A stretch of DNA of 64,000 nucleotides from the NCBI GenBank assembly GCA_035299425.1, contig DATGWP010000080.1:95-64094 (forward strand). Reading direction: 5' to 3'. The DNA comes from Chitinophagales bacterium. Lineage in GTDB: Bacteria > Bacteroidota > Bacteroidia > Chitinophagales > LD1. Of this stretch, positions 10,819-21,432 are shown one piece after another. Each line of letters begins with the position of its first letter. The first letter of the stretch is position 1. The notes below the pieces were generated by a model. The model saw only the letters and a program-made list of their open reading frames with translations, had not been told where the DNA came from and did no database searches. Made by a program: the position numbers and the translations under genes.

Positions 10819-12345
10819 CTAGTGTTTAAAGTGCCTTACACCGGTAGTAACCATGGCCTGGTTGTTTTTGTTAGCGGCATCTATCGAGTCCTGGTCTTTG
10901 ATGCTGCCGCCCGGTTGAGAGATGGCAGTGATGCCGGCCTCGTGCGCTATCTGCACACAATCGGGGAAGGGGAAGAAGGCGTCGCTGGCCATTACAGAGC
11001 CTTGTAAATCGAAACCAAATTCTTTGGCTTTACGAATAGCATTTTGCAAGGCATCTACGCGTGATGTTTGCCCGCAGTTGCTGCCAATCAATTGCTTGTT
11101 TTTTACTAAGGCAATACCGTTGCTTTTTAAGTGTTTAACAGCAATTACTGCAAAAGCTAAATCGTCAATTTCCTTATCGGTAGGGGCTTTGGTAGTAACC
11201 AGTTTAAACTCGTTTTTGCCTTCGGCTTTATTGTCTACATCCTGTGCTAATACACCATTTAACAGGCTCTTGTACTGTATTGGTTGTGGTTTGTAGTCAG
11301 TGGTTTTTTGTTTAATCAATATGCGGTTCTTCTTCGATTTTAATACGGCTAAGGCATCCTCATCGTAGCCGGGTGCAGTAAGTACTTCGAAGAATAGAGA
11401 GTTTAGCTCATTGGCAGTAGCTAAATCAATAGTGCGGTTGGCGGCAATAACACCCCCAAAGGCTGAGGTAGTATCGCAGGCAAAGGCTGCCTTGTAAGCT
11501 TCGCTGATGGTAGGACGCGATGCAAGGCCACAGCTGTTGGTGTGCTTAATAATGGCAACCGTAGGCTCGCTGAATTCCGCTACCAGGTTAACCGAAGCTT
11601 CTACGTCTACCAGGTTGTTATACGATAATTCTTTACCGTTTAGTATTTCAAAAATCTCATCAAGGTTGCCGTAGAATACGCCGCGCTGGTGGGGGTTTTC
11701 GCCATAACGAAGCACCTTGGCGTTCAGTTCGCTCTTCTTAAATACTTCGAAGTTAAACTCGTTGTTGAAGTAATTAAAGATAAGCGTGTCGTAATGCGAA
11801 GAGGTCATAAATGCTTTAGCGGCAAACTCCTTACGGTCCTGCAAATCGCTTTCGCCGTTCTTCTCTTGCAATAACTGCAACAATTGGCCGTAATCGTTAC
11901 GGGTAGAAACGATAATGGTATCGTTAAAGTTTTTGGCCGCTGCCCGGATAAGCGAAATACCGCCGATGTCTATTTTCTCTATGATATCTTCTTCCCCTTT
12001 GCCTGCCTTTACGGTTTCTTCAAAAGGATATAAGTCAACTATTACTAGGTCAATCTCCGGTATTTCGTATTGCGCCATTTCCTTCTGATCGCTTTCGTTA
12101 TCGCGGCGGCCAAGAATACCACCGAATACCTTAGGGTGCAGGGTTTTAACACGTCCGCCAAGGATAGAAGGGTAAGAAGTAAGGTCTTCTACGGCCGTTA
12201 CTTTAACACCCAGGCCCTCTACAAAACTCTGGGTTCCGCCGGTGCTGTAAATTTTTACACCCAGCTTGTCCAGCTCTTTTACTATCAGGTCGAGCTTATC
12301 TTTATAGAATACAGAAATGAGGGCGGATTTTATCTTTTTGCGCAT
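10819..12345 (-). CDS. purH: Bifunctional AICAR formyltransferase / IMP cyclohydrolase
   Basis: 508 aa. It starts MRKKIKSALISVFYKDKL...STGGT and ends ...AMVTTGVRHFKH, the canonical PurH termini. Confidence 0.95.
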   Translation of the reverse strand: MRKKIKSALISVFYKDKLDLIVKELDKLGVKIYSTGGTQSFVEGLGVKVTAVEDLTSYPSILGGRVKTLHPKVFGGILGRRDNESDQKEMAQYEIPEIDLVIVDLYPFEETVKAGKGEEDIIEKIDIGGISLIRAAAKNFNDTIIVSTRNDYGQLLQLLQEKNGESDLQDRKEFAAKAFMTSSHYDTLIFNYFNNEFNFEVFKKSELNAKVLRYGENPHQRGVFYGNLDEIFEILNGKELSYNNLVDVEASVNLVAEFSEPTVAIIKHTNSCGLASRPTISEAYKAAFACDTTSAFGGVIAANRTIDLATANELNSLFFEVLTAPGYDEDALAVLKSKKNRILIKQKTTDYKPQPIQYKSLLNGVLAQDVDNKAEGKNEFKLVTTKAPTDKEIDDLAFAVIAVKHLKSNGIALVKNKQLIGSNCGQTSRVDALQNAIRKAKEFGFDLQGSVMASDAFFPFPDCVQIAHEAGITAISQPGGSIKDQDSIDAANKNNQAMVTTGVRHFKH

Positions 12346-12444
12346 GGTAGAGAGGTTTTTATTAATGCGCGCGAATGTATCGCCAATTTTCGATTTTGAA
12401 TTGCCTGCTTTGGTTTTTTAGTAACAGGTTTTCCACCTAGAGCC

Positions 12445-13380
12445 TTACAGGTTTTTCAGTTTTTCCCACAAATCTGGCAGCTTTTTAATGATAGCTACCT
12501 GCCTGGCAAATGTGCGCGCCTCTACAGCGGGGTAGCCTATGTAGGTTTTGCCGCCCTCCAGGTTATTGGGTACAGCGCTGGTAGCCATTACAATAGCATC
12601 GTCGCCAATGGTTATGTTTTTGTTTACCGCTACCTTTCCATACAGGGTAACACGGTTGCCGATTTTAGTGTTACCTGCAATACCTACCTGTGCAGCTATA
12701 ATACAATGCTCGCCAATTTTTACATCGTGGCCTATGTGTACCTGGTCATCTAGCTTGGTGCCTTTGCCTATTACCGTGTCGCTGCTTACACCGGCATCTA
12801 TAGTGGTGCCGGCGCCTATTTCTACATCGTTTTCGATTACTACCCGGCCGGCACTGTGCATTTTGTCGTAGTTAGGCTTCTGGCGTTTGTAATAAAACGC
12901 ATCGCCGCCAATAGTGGTGTTGGCGTGTATTATTACGTTATCGCCTATTTGCGTGTAGGCATAAATGGTAGCGTTGGGGTGTATTACACAGTTTTTGCCT
13001 ATAGTTACCTGCTCGCCCACAAAGGCATTGGGGTAAATGTATGTTCCTGCGCCAATTATAGCGGTTGTACCTGTGTTTTTATCTGTGCGCAGCTCTGGTT
13101 TAAAGCGATGGGCCAGGGCATTGTACGCCTCGAAAGGATTAGCGGTATATAACAGAACTTTACCCGCCGGCGCCTCTACCTTTTTATTAATCAGTATAAT
13201 GGTTGCCTTTGAGCGCAGGGTGAAATCGTAATACTTTTCGTGGTCAACAAAGGTTACGTCGCCTTCTTCTACGTTGTGTATCTCGTTAAGCCCGTGCACT
13301 AAAATGCTGCCATCGCCAATAATTTCGGCATTGGCCCATTGAGCAACCTGGCTGGCGGGTATGGGTTCTTTTAATTTCAT
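12445..13380 (-). CDS. lpxD: UDP-3-O-acylglucosamine N-acyltransferase
   Basis: 311 aa. An LpxD-type N-terminal domain is followed by a long run of hexapeptide (left-handed beta-helix) repeats. Confidence 0.82.
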   Translation of the reverse strand: MKLKEPIPASQVAQWANAEIIGDGSILVHGLNEIHNVEEGDVTFVDHEKYYDFTLRSKATIILINKKVEAPAGKVLLYTANPFEAYNALAHRFKPELRTDKNTGTTAIIGAGTYIYPNAFVGEQVTIGKNCVIHPNATIYAYTQIGDNVIIHANTTIGGDAFYYKRQKPNYDKMHSAGRVVIENDVEIGAGTTIDAGVSSDTVIGKGTKLDDQVHIGHDVKIGEHCIIAAQVGIAGNTKIGNRVTLYGKVAVNKNITIGDDAIVMATSAVPNNLEGGKTYIGYPAVEARTFARQVAIIKKLPDLWEKLKNL

Positions 13381-13445
13381 TTTATCAATAATAGAGATAT
13401 GTTCTGGAAAAATGTTTCATTTGGAAATAAACATAATTATTAAGT

Positions 13446-15365
13446 ATGAAAAAAGCACTGTTGGCAGTGCTCCTATGCAACTTCATCCACGAAGTATTTA
13501 GCCAAAATAGCTGGGGGAAAGCGGACATAAAGCAGTTTACAAACCAATATTGCCCATTTGACAGTAGTGCTAATGCAATGGTGTTATTTGACCATTGCGA
13601 TATAAGCTTTGATAGAGGAAATAACTATGCAGTTATCTACCGCCAGCATAAGCGCATTCAAATATTAAATAAAGAAGGCTACAGCAACGCCACTGTAAGC
13701 ATACCTTTTTACATGGAAGAAAACACCGTTGGAATAGAAATAAGAGCCCAAACACTTAATGCCGGAAAAAATGGAGAGCTGTTAGTAACAAAAATTGATA
13801 AGAAGGCAATATTTGAAGAGCATGTGGGAGGCAATCACTACAAGAAAAAATTCTCTTTTCCGGATGTAAGGGAAGGAAGTATATTGGAATACGAATTTAC
13901 CAGCCAATATCGAGCGGCAGGCCGGTCATTACGCGACTGGTATTTTCAAACAGATATACCCACACTTGAGAGTTCAGTGAGCCTGAATACCCCTATGTTT
14001 TTGCACTATACAGCTGTGTTACAAAGCCCTATTGCCCTAAGCACAAGCTCTGACGAAAATAATAGTGACAATACCTTTTCTTTTTATGCCATGAAAAATA
14101 TTCCCGCCATAAAATCAGAAAAATACGTTACCACCCTTAAAGACTATACAGCGCAGATACACTTTATTTTGAACAGCGCTAACATACCCGGACAGCCGCT
14201 GGTAAAGTTTCATGAAAGCTGGAGCGAGGTATCGCAAGAACTTTTAACAAGCAGCGCATTTGGATTTGTTTTGGATGGCACGGGAGAGCACCGGCGTATG
14301 GCTAAGGAATTGACCAAAGGAGTCAACAATTCGCTGGAAAAAACAAAAATCATCTACAAGCATATTACAGAAAAAATGAAATGGAATGGTGTTACCGATT
14401 TTATACCTGATAACCGGCTGGCCAAAAAATATAACGAAGGCCTTGGCAGTTCGGCTGACATTAATATGATGCTTATAGATATGCTACGCGCTGCAAATGT
14501 AACTGCAGACCCTGTAGCTATAAGCACCCGAACCAATGGCAAAGTAGATAGGGTGGTACCTGACATGGGCCAGTTTAACCATGTAATTGCCCTGGCCGAA
14601 ACCGATAGCGGGAGTTTGCTATTAGACGCAACAAGCGACTTCAGGCCCTATAATTTACTGGCCCTTGAAGACTTAAATAATGGAGGCCTGAGAATGGGTT
14701 CGCCCTATGCCAGTTGGGTAGATATAAAACCAGTTAAAAGCTCCGCCTCTACTATAGCCATAAGTATGCGGTTAGATTCTACAGGCAAAATATATGCTAA
14801 AGGCAACTTAACAACAAGCGATTATGAGTCGCTACCATATCGTTCTGCATTGCAGAGCACCGCACCGGATGAATGCCTTAGGCAAAACCTGGTATTGGCG
14901 CAGGAAACAGAAATAAGTAACGTAGCTGTTACAAATCAACTGGATAATAGTCAACGACTGAAAATTTCTTTTGATTTGCAGAGCACCAACGATGCACCGG
15001 AGGCTTCACATATTTATCTCAATCCTTTTGCCCTTAAATTCAGAGATGATAACCCTTTTAAACTCAGCAGCCGCACTTACCCTGTAAACTTTGGATATCC
15101 ATTTGAGGAGAACATAAAAATATCGCTTGCCATACCAGACAACTATACAGTGGCTGAGTTGCCTAAATCTTTAAACGCGAAACTTGAGGACGAATCGGCC
15201 AGTTTTACACTGCTGATTGCCAAGGCAGAGAGAAACATTCAAATAAATACTTCCTTAAAAATTAAAAAAACCGAGTACGCTACTGATATGTATGAAAACC
15301 TTAAATCTCTTTTTTCTCATTTAATAGAAGCCTACAGTTCTGTTATAGTGCTTGAAAAAAAATAA
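13446..15365 (+). CDS. DUF3857/transglutaminase-like protein; catalytic Cys apparently lost
   Basis: 639 aa with a signal peptide. It is a paralog of the next gene. At the position of the transglutaminase-core GDCK it has GSSADIN, while FNHVIAL is retained. Confidence 0.65.
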   Translation: MKKALLAVLLCNFIHEVFSQNSWGKADIKQFTNQYCPFDSSANAMVLFDHCDISFDRGNNYAVIYRQHKRIQILNKEGYSNATVSIPFYMEENTVGIEIRAQTLNAGKNGELLVTKIDKKAIFEEHVGGNHYKKKFSFPDVREGSILEYEFTSQYRAAGRSLRDWYFQTDIPTLESSVSLNTPMFLHYTAVLQSPIALSTSSDENNSDNTFSFYAMKNIPAIKSEKYVTTLKDYTAQIHFILNSANIPGQPLVKFHESWSEVSQELLTSSAFGFVLDGTGEHRRMAKELTKGVNNSLEKTKIIYKHITEKMKWNGVTDFIPDNRLAKKYNEGLGSSADINMMLIDMLRAANVTADPVAISTRTNGKVDRVVPDMGQFNHVIALAETDSGSLLLDATSDFRPYNLLALEDLNNGGLRMGSPYASWVDIKPVKSSASTIAISMRLDSTGKIYAKGNLTTSDYESLPYRSALQSTAPDECLRQNLVLAQETEISNVAVTNQLDNSQRLKISFDLQSTNDAPEASHIYLNPFALKFRDDNPFKLSSRTYPVNFGYPFEENIKISLAIPDNYTVAELPKSLNAKLEDESASFTLLIAKAERNIQINTSLKIKKTEYATDMYENLKSLFSHLIEAYSSVIVLEKK

Positions 15366-15366
15366 A

Positions 15367-17271
15367 ATGATGTTGCAACTAATCAGCAGGTTATTAATTA
15401 TTGTGTGCGCGCTGGCAATTTACCCGGCTTATGGAAACAATTATAGCATTAGCAACATTGCCGACTCTCTTAAAAAAAATGCCAATGCTGTTGTGCGAAT
15501 GAACGTGGCAGTATTGCGTTTAAAGGACACGCACTATGCCACCTACACCGAAGATAAGGTAATATCCATACTAAACCCCGCAGCCGAAAGTGAAGCAACC
15601 ATTACTATTTATTATGATGAAGACGAAAGGCTGGTTTCTTTTAAAGCCTGGGTGTTGGACGCCGATGGCAATGTAATTAAACAGGTAAGCAAGCAGGATG
15701 GAATAGATGTTTCGGCCTGTGACGATGAAGAGATAACCAAAACAAGGGTAAAGTATTGGAACCTTAACCAGCTAAATACCCCTTATACCATCCACTATAC
15801 TTACCAAAAAGAGTTCTCCAGCACTTGTTTTCTTCCTAAATGGCAACCGGCCCGCACAGAAAAGGTGGCTATTGAATCGGCCAGGTTTTCACTAATTACA
15901 GAAAAAGCAACAGCTAATTACACTTCAGCCAATGTGGTACAAACGTCTAACCTAAGCGGCTCCTATAACTGGGAGGTAAATAATTTTCCGGCTCTTAAGG
16001 AAACAGATTATTCCACCAATGTATTTCAAAAATTGCCGTGGGTAGCGGTGATGGCGCACAACTTTACTTTATATAATGTTAGCGGCTCTTCTTCTACCAA
16101 AGAGGCGCTGGGGAAATTTGTGCAGCAGTTAATAGCCGGCAGCAATGAGTTGGAAGGACTGAACGAACCCGAGCTCGAAAAAATTGTTGCTTCAGGCGCT
16201 GATAAAAAAAGTATGGTTAGTCAGCTGTACAAGTATGTGCAGCGCAACTATAGGTACATGAGCATACAATTAGGCATAGGTGGCTGGCAACCACAAAAGG
16301 CCAGCGTAACTATGAAAAAAAAATATGGTGATTGTAAAGCACTTGTAGTGCTGATGCAGGCATTGCTGAAAAAAGTAAATATTGATTCATATTATACTTT
16401 GATAAATACGAACGACAATAGAATAGAACTAAAAGAGAACTTTCTGCATACCTTCTTTAATCATGTAATTTTGTGTGTGCCTATAGGTAATGACACCATA
16501 TGGCTGGAATGTACCAGTCCTAATGCGCCGCCTGGCTACCTGGGTAGCTTTACAGAAAACCGTAACGGCTTATTAATTTCCGAAACCGGTGCTCAAATTG
16601 TAAAGACTCCAGCTTACACCGAAACCTTTAATACTAACCGGGCTGCCAGTGAAATAAAAACCGGCGATGACAATACCCACTCTATTACTTCCCGCTGTAC
16701 TGTAACAGGCGAATTGCAGGAAAGGCTGCGCTATGCCCTGGCCTCTAAAGATGAAAAGCGGATTGAGCCATCTATTTTCAATATCATCCACTCGGCAAAT
16801 ACTAAAATCAGTTCGTACAAAATCGTAGAAATAAGGGGAGACATTCCGTCGATTACAATCGATTTACAGTTAAGCAATCAGGGTGTGGTAAGAAAAACAG
16901 CCTCGCGTCTTTTTATCCGAACTGACATGTTTAAACCGATTAACTCTTTGACGATGGACGGCGGCCAGGCATATACAGATGTGCAAATACAAACCGGATT
17001 AACACAATCGGACACCTTGATTTACGCTATATCAGCAGGCTATGTGCCCGAAAATTTTACCTCTGGCGAAAAACGCGATATATCATCCCCGTTTGGATAT
17101 GCCAGCATTGAATTGGCGTATAATGCCGGGAATGGGTCTATGAAAATTGTGAGAACTTTTTGCTTAAAGGAAGGCGTTTACCCCGCATTACAATTTAAGC
17201 AGTTCAGCGATTTTACAATAAAGGCTATAAAGCTCTATTGCCCGGAGCTGGTGTTAAAGAAACCGGAATAA
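15367..17271 (+). CDS. DUF3857/transglutaminase-like cysteine protease-fold protein (core intact)
   Basis: The ORF track starts at TTG 15352; ATG 15367 (MMLQLISRLLIIVCALAIYPAYG) is more likely. It has the transglutaminase-core motifs YGDCKALVVLMQALL and FFNHVILCV. Confidence 0.7.
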   Translation: MMLQLISRLLIIVCALAIYPAYGNNYSISNIADSLKKNANAVVRMNVAVLRLKDTHYATYTEDKVISILNPAAESEATITIYYDEDERLVSFKAWVLDADGNVIKQVSKQDGIDVSACDDEEITKTRVKYWNLNQLNTPYTIHYTYQKEFSSTCFLPKWQPARTEKVAIESARFSLITEKATANYTSANVVQTSNLSGSYNWEVNNFPALKETDYSTNVFQKLPWVAVMAHNFTLYNVSGSSSTKEALGKFVQQLIAGSNELEGLNEPELEKIVASGADKKSMVSQLYKYVQRNYRYMSIQLGIGGWQPQKASVTMKKKYGDCKALVVLMQALLKKVNIDSYYTLINTNDNRIELKENFLHTFFNHVILCVPIGNDTIWLECTSPNAPPGYLGSFTENRNGLLISETGAQIVKTPAYTETFNTNRAASEIKTGDDNTHSITSRCTVTGELQERLRYALASKDEKRIEPSIFNIIHSANTKISSYKIVEIRGDIPSITIDLQLSNQGVVRKTASRLFIRTDMFKPINSLTMDGGQAYTDVQIQTGLTQSDTLIYAISAGYVPENFTSGEKRDISSPFGYASIELAYNAGNGSMKIVRTFCLKEGVYPALQFKQFSDFTIKAIKLYCPELVLKKPE

Positions 17272-17327
17272 ATACGCCCTTTACTATTCGCTTTTCTCCA
17301 TTACATTCGCCTCTCAAAATATAACGA

Positions 17328-18428
17328 ATGTCAAACAGCTCAACCTCAGTTAAAGAAACCGCATTAACTCCTTTACATATTCAGCTTGGCGCCAAGATGG
17401 CCGAGTTTGCAGGCTACAATATGCCTATAGTTTACAGCAGCATTACCGCCGAACACAATGCCATACGCAACAGTGTAGGGGTGTTTGATGTAAGCCACAT
17501 GGGAGAGTTCAGGCTAAAAGGCCCTAAGGCGCTTGACCTGATACAAATGGTGACGACTAACGATGCCAGCAAATTAACGGATGGCAAAATCCAATACTCA
17601 TGCCTGCCTAACGATAAGGGCGGGATAGTAGATGACCTGTTGGTGTACCGCTGGAAAGAAGACGAATATTACCTGGTGGTGAACGCCAGTAACATTGAAA
17701 AAGACTGGAACTGGATAAGCAAGTACAACAACTTTGGTGTAGAGATGCTAAATATGAGCGATGACCTTAGCCTGCTTGCGGTGCAGGGGCCCAACGCCAC
17801 CAAAACATTGCAAAAATTGACAGAAGTTGATTTGGCCGCTATCCCTTACTATGCATTTGCTATAGGCACTATGGCCGGTATTGGTGAGGTAATAATATCG
17901 AACACCGGTTACACCGGTGCCGGTGGTTTTGAGATTTATGTAGGCAATAAAGATGCCCGCAAGATGTGGGATGCCATTTTTGAAGCAGGCGCAGAGTTTG
18001 GAATTGTGCCTTGCGGTCTAGGGGCGCGCGATACCCTGCGTTTGGAGAAAGCTTTCTGCCTGTATGGACATGATATAGATGACACTACTTCTCCAATAGA
18101 AGCGGGTCTGGGCTGGATAACCAAGTTTACCAAGAGCTTTGTAAACTCCGATTATCACCGTGCGATTAAAGAGAACGGGCCTAAGAAGAAACTGGTAGGT
18201 TTTGAGATACCTGAAAAAGGAAAGATACCACGCCAGCATTTTAAAGTAAAAGATGCTGCCGGTAACGAGATAGGTGAAGTAACCAGCGGCACACAATCGC
18301 CAACGCTGGGCAAGGCCATTGGCATGGCTTATGTAACCACTGAGCACAGTGCTGTAGGCGCTGAGATTTTTGTGGAGATACGCAACCAGGCAGTGAAAGC
18401 TACCGTAGTGAAGACACCGTTTTTGTAA
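17328..18428 (+). CDS. gcvT: Glycine cleavage system aminomethyltransferase T
   Basis: 366 aa. The motifs (TPLH...[28 protein letters not shown]) match GcvT. Confidence 0.94.
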   Translation: MSNSSTSVKETALTPLHIQLGAKMAEFAGYNMPIVYSSITAEHNAIRNSVGVFDVSHMGEFRLKGPKALDLIQMVTTNDASKLTDGKIQYSCLPNDKGGIVDDLLVYRWKEDEYYLVVNASNIEKDWNWISKYNNFGVEMLNMSDDLSLLAVQGPNATKTLQKLTEVDLAAIPYYAFAIGTMAGIGEVIISNTGYTGAGGFEIYVGNKDARKMWDAIFEAGAEFGIVPCGLGARDTLRLEKAFCLYGHDIDDTTSPIEAGLGWITKFTKSFVNSDYHRAIKENGPKKKLVGFEIPEKGKIPRQHFKVKDAAGNEIGEVTSGTQSPTLGKAIGMAYVTTEHSAVGAEIFVEIRNQAVKATVVKTPFL

Positions 18429-18479
18429 ACCCCAATTGCAACTTTTGTTCAATTGTAATAGTTAAGCTATCTTTAAGGC

Positions 18480-18701
18480 ATGAACTACCAGCAAATAATA
18501 ACAATAGAGCCAGGTAAACGTGGCGGTAAACCATGCATCCGCGGAATGCGGATAACCGTGGGAGATGTATTGGGCTGGTTAGCTTCGGGAATGAGCCATG
18601 AAGAAATTTTAGGTGATTTTCCGGAATTAACAAACGACGATATTCTTGCCTGCCTTGATTACGCAGCCCACAAAGAGCAAAACGTGAAAGTGCTTTTATG
18701 A
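18480..18701 (+). CDS. DUF433-family antitoxin-like protein
   Basis: 73 aa. The motif GKRGGKPCIRGMRITVGDVL...ILGDFPELTNDDILACLDYA is the DUF433 signature. The gene overlaps the next one by ATGA. Confidence 0.8.
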   Translation: MNYQQIITIEPGKRGGKPCIRGMRITVGDVLGWLASGMSHEEILGDFPELTNDDILACLDYAAHKEQNVKVLL

Positions 18702-19057
18702 ATTTATTGTTAGACCAGAATATTTCTCATAGGGTTGTACAACTAATACAAAATCATTTTCCGGAAGCTTCCAGTATAAAGCACCAAGGACTTACAAATG
18801 CCGATGATTTGAGTGTATGGAAATTTGCAAAAGAAAATGATTTCTGCGTTGTAACCTTTGATGAGGACTTTTATAATATTCAGCTTATTAAAGGATTCCC
18901 TCCAAAAATAGTCTGGTTTAAAACCGGCAATCTATCCAACCAAAAAGTAGCAGATTTTTTAATTGCACATAAAGAAATGATTAATGCTTTTCTTACAGAT
19001 GCAGCATATAAAGATGAAGGCTGCATGGAATTGTTTCTATTAAATACAACCGACTAA
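18698..19057 (+). CDS. DUF5615 (PIN-like) toxin-like protein
   Basis: 119 aa starting MNLLLDQNIS... The family-typical ...DDLSVWKFAKENDFCVVTFDEDF is present. There is a 4-nt overlap with the DUF433 gene. Confidence 0.72.
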   Translation: MNLLLDQNISHRVVQLIQNHFPEASSIKHQGLTNADDLSVWKFAKENDFCVVTFDEDFYNIQLIKGFPPKIVWFKTGNLSNQKVADFLIAHKEMINAFLTDAAYKDEGCMELFLLNTTD

Positions 19058-19058
19058 C

Positions 19059-20303
19059 ATGGCTATAATAAAACCATTTGAAGCTGTTCGCCCCCAACCA
19101 GAACTGGCTATTGAAGTATCGTCGTTACCATACGATGTGATGAACACTGCCGAGGCACGTAAAATGGCCGAGGGTAACCCGAAGTCTTTTTTACATGTAA
19201 GCCGCGCGGAAATTGATTTTCCGGAAGGGATAGATGAGCATACGCAAGAGGTGTATGATAAAGCCCGCGATAATTTTTATGGTATGCTGGAGAGCGGGGT
19301 GCTGTTTCAGGATGCTTACCCGTTCTTTTACATCTACTCGCAGGTGATGGAAGGCCGGCGCCAAACCGGTTTGGTGGCCTGCAGCAGCATTGAGGATTAC
19401 TTTAACAATGTAATTAAGAAACACGAATTAACGCGTCCAGAGAAAGAGGAAGACCGCATACGCCACATGGAAACACTGCAGGCGCATGTGGGGCCTATCT
19501 TTCTTACCTATCCGCAGAATAATACGGTGGATGAGATTGTAGATACTATAATGAAGACCGAGGAACCGGTGTATGATATACTGGCAAGCGATGGCATAAA
19601 GCATACTGCCTGGTTGGTAAAGGATAACGAGAAGATAGCGAAGCTGGTTTCCGTTTTTGAAAAGGATATACCGTTTACATACATAGCCGACGGCCACCAC
19701 CGCACAGCATCTGCCGCCAAGGTGGGCGCTAAGATGCGCGCGCAGAACCCGGACCATAACGGCACTGAGGATTATAATTTCTTTCTGTCGGTGTTGTTTC
19801 CCGATAATCAATTAGCGATAATGGATTACAACCGGGTGATAAAGGATTTGAATGGATTGAGCGAAGAAGAGTTTTTAGAGAAGCTAAAAACTGCCTTTAT
19901 AGTATCGGCGCCACATGCAGGCATACAGGCACCTAAGCAGATACATGATTTTGAAATGTACCTGGGTGGTAACTGGTATTCGCTTACTGCTAAAGCAGAA
20001 GTAGTAAAAGAAGACCCTATAGGCATATTGGATGTAACTATACTGGATGAAAATGTATTGAGCCCGTTGCTGGGTATTAAAGATGTGCGCACCGATAAGC
20101 GCATTGATTTTGTAGGCGGCATCCGCGGGCTGAAGGAACTGGAGCGCCGTGTAGATAGTGGGGAGATGAAAGTGGCCTTTGCGCTTTACCCGGTATCGCT
20201 TAAGCAGCTGATGGACATAGCCGATAGCGGGCAGATAATGCCTCCTAAGAGCACCTGGTTTGAGCCTAAGCTACGAGATGGCTTGTTTAGCCATTTGTTT
20301 TAA
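19059..20303 (+). CDS. DUF1015-family protein
   Basis: 414 aa. The N-terminus MAIIKPFEAVRPQPELAIEVSSLPYDVMNTAEAR and the internal YIADGHHR are typical of DUF1015. Confidence 0.75.
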   Translation: MAIIKPFEAVRPQPELAIEVSSLPYDVMNTAEARKMAEGNPKSFLHVSRAEIDFPEGIDEHTQEVYDKARDNFYGMLESGVLFQDAYPFFYIYSQVMEGRRQTGLVACSSIEDYFNNVIKKHELTRPEKEEDRIRHMETLQAHVGPIFLTYPQNNTVDEIVDTIMKTEEPVYDILASDGIKHTAWLVKDNEKIAKLVSVFEKDIPFTYIADGHHRTASAAKVGAKMRAQNPDHNGTEDYNFFLSVLFPDNQLAIMDYNRVIKDLNGLSEEEFLEKLKTAFIVSAPHAGIQAPKQIHDFEMYLGGNWYSLTAKAEVVKEDPIGILDVTILDENVLSPLLGIKDVRTDKRIDFVGGIRGLKELERRVDSGEMKVAFALYPVSLKQLMDIADSGQIMPPKSTWFEPKLRDGLFSHLF

Positions 20304-20339
20304 GGCCTACGAGGTTTACATAGTAAATTACCAATCTGT

Positions 20340-21431
20340 ATGTTTTCATTTTTTAAAAAGAAAGAGCCTGCATTGCCTTTTAAGCAAAGGGTTACCTTAT
20401 TTTGGCAATTGTTTACCGCACAGGAAAAAGAATTACGGGACAGTATATCAGCCGGTAATACAGAAAAAATAATTGACCTCATTAATTCGTTTTTTAAGAG
20501 AAGTAATATTGAGATTGCTTTTCAAACAGGTTTTAATGGCGATAAGTATGAATTCTTTTTTTCGCCGGAGGGAAATAGAAATGTGCAGTTTTTAACACGC
20601 TGTATTATAGACATGAGCCCTCATTTACAGCACTGGTTATTTTATCCAAGTAAGCCAGGTGTTAGTGAGAGCAGGCTTTCAGAAATCAGCATAAAGCTTT
20701 CGGATGATACAGGCATTACGCCCGGTGAATTGTTTATTACTCCCGTGCTTGATGAAGAGCGCAATCGTTTTGATATAAAGGTTTATCATCGGGCTTTAAC
20801 AAATCTGCCTGAGAACGATAGGTTTATGATTACGTTTCTTTTGCTTGATGAAGCATTAGGAGAGTATGGCACAGAGATGTTTATTGGTAAAATAGAACAC
20901 AGTGGTACCCGGTCAGATGGCGATATTGATCTAATCACATTTCGCAAACGGGTAGATGGATATAAAGCCGAGATTGGATTTGACGAAGACACTACACCAG
21001 ATCAATTACGCTCCTTATATACCATTAAACCCCAGGATAAAAGCAGCTACAGCCTAAGGGAAGATGTATATGTGATAAACACAACCAACATTCAACTTTT
21101 TGAAAATTACGGCAAAAGTAATTTGCTTGAAAAATTTGGAGCCAGTTACATTTTTGCTGCTATTGACATGGCTCTTTTTGACATGGAAAATTTTCTTAAC
21201 CAGCGCGATGAGATTTCGGATAACATTGATCTTGAAATGCAGAATGCTAATGATGGCTTTGTTGTTGGTTTTGCCACCGGCAAACAGAAGTGCTACATAG
21301 ACCTCATAATTTTTGATGCAGACAATTCTATTTCCAGATTAAAGGCTGTATTACAAGCAAAGTATCCTGACCTGCATGGTGAAATCTATTACGTTGAAAA
21401 AGAAAAGAAGAATTTAAGCTATAGCTTTTAG
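20340..21431 (+). CDS. Hypothetical protein (no family recognised)
   Basis: 363-aa ORF with no signal peptide, TM helix or motif that I recognise. It is visibly more AT-rich than its neighbours. Confidence 0.5.
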   Translation: MFSFFKKKEPALPFKQRVTLFWQLFTAQEKELRDSISAGNTEKIIDLINSFFKRSNIEIAFQTGFNGDKYEFFFSPEGNRNVQFLTRCIIDMSPHLQHWLFYPSKPGVSESRLSEISIKLSDDTGITPGELFITPVLDEERNRFDIKVYHRALTNLPENDRFMITFLLLDEALGEYGTEMFIGKIEHSGTRSDGDIDLITFRKRVDGYKAEIGFDEDTTPDQLRSLYTIKPQDKSSYSLREDVYVINTTNIQLFENYGKSNLLEKFGASYIFAAIDMALFDMENFLNQRDEISDNIDLEMQNANDGFVVGFATGKQKCYIDLIIFDADNSISRLKAVLQAKYPDLHGEIYYVEKEKKNLSYSF

Positions 21432-21432
21432 C

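Noticed and set aside
17272-17327. A glycine riboswitch upstream of gcvT.
   Set aside because: Only 56 nt of intergenic sequence is available, and none of it shows the tandem aptamer structure. It is too short.
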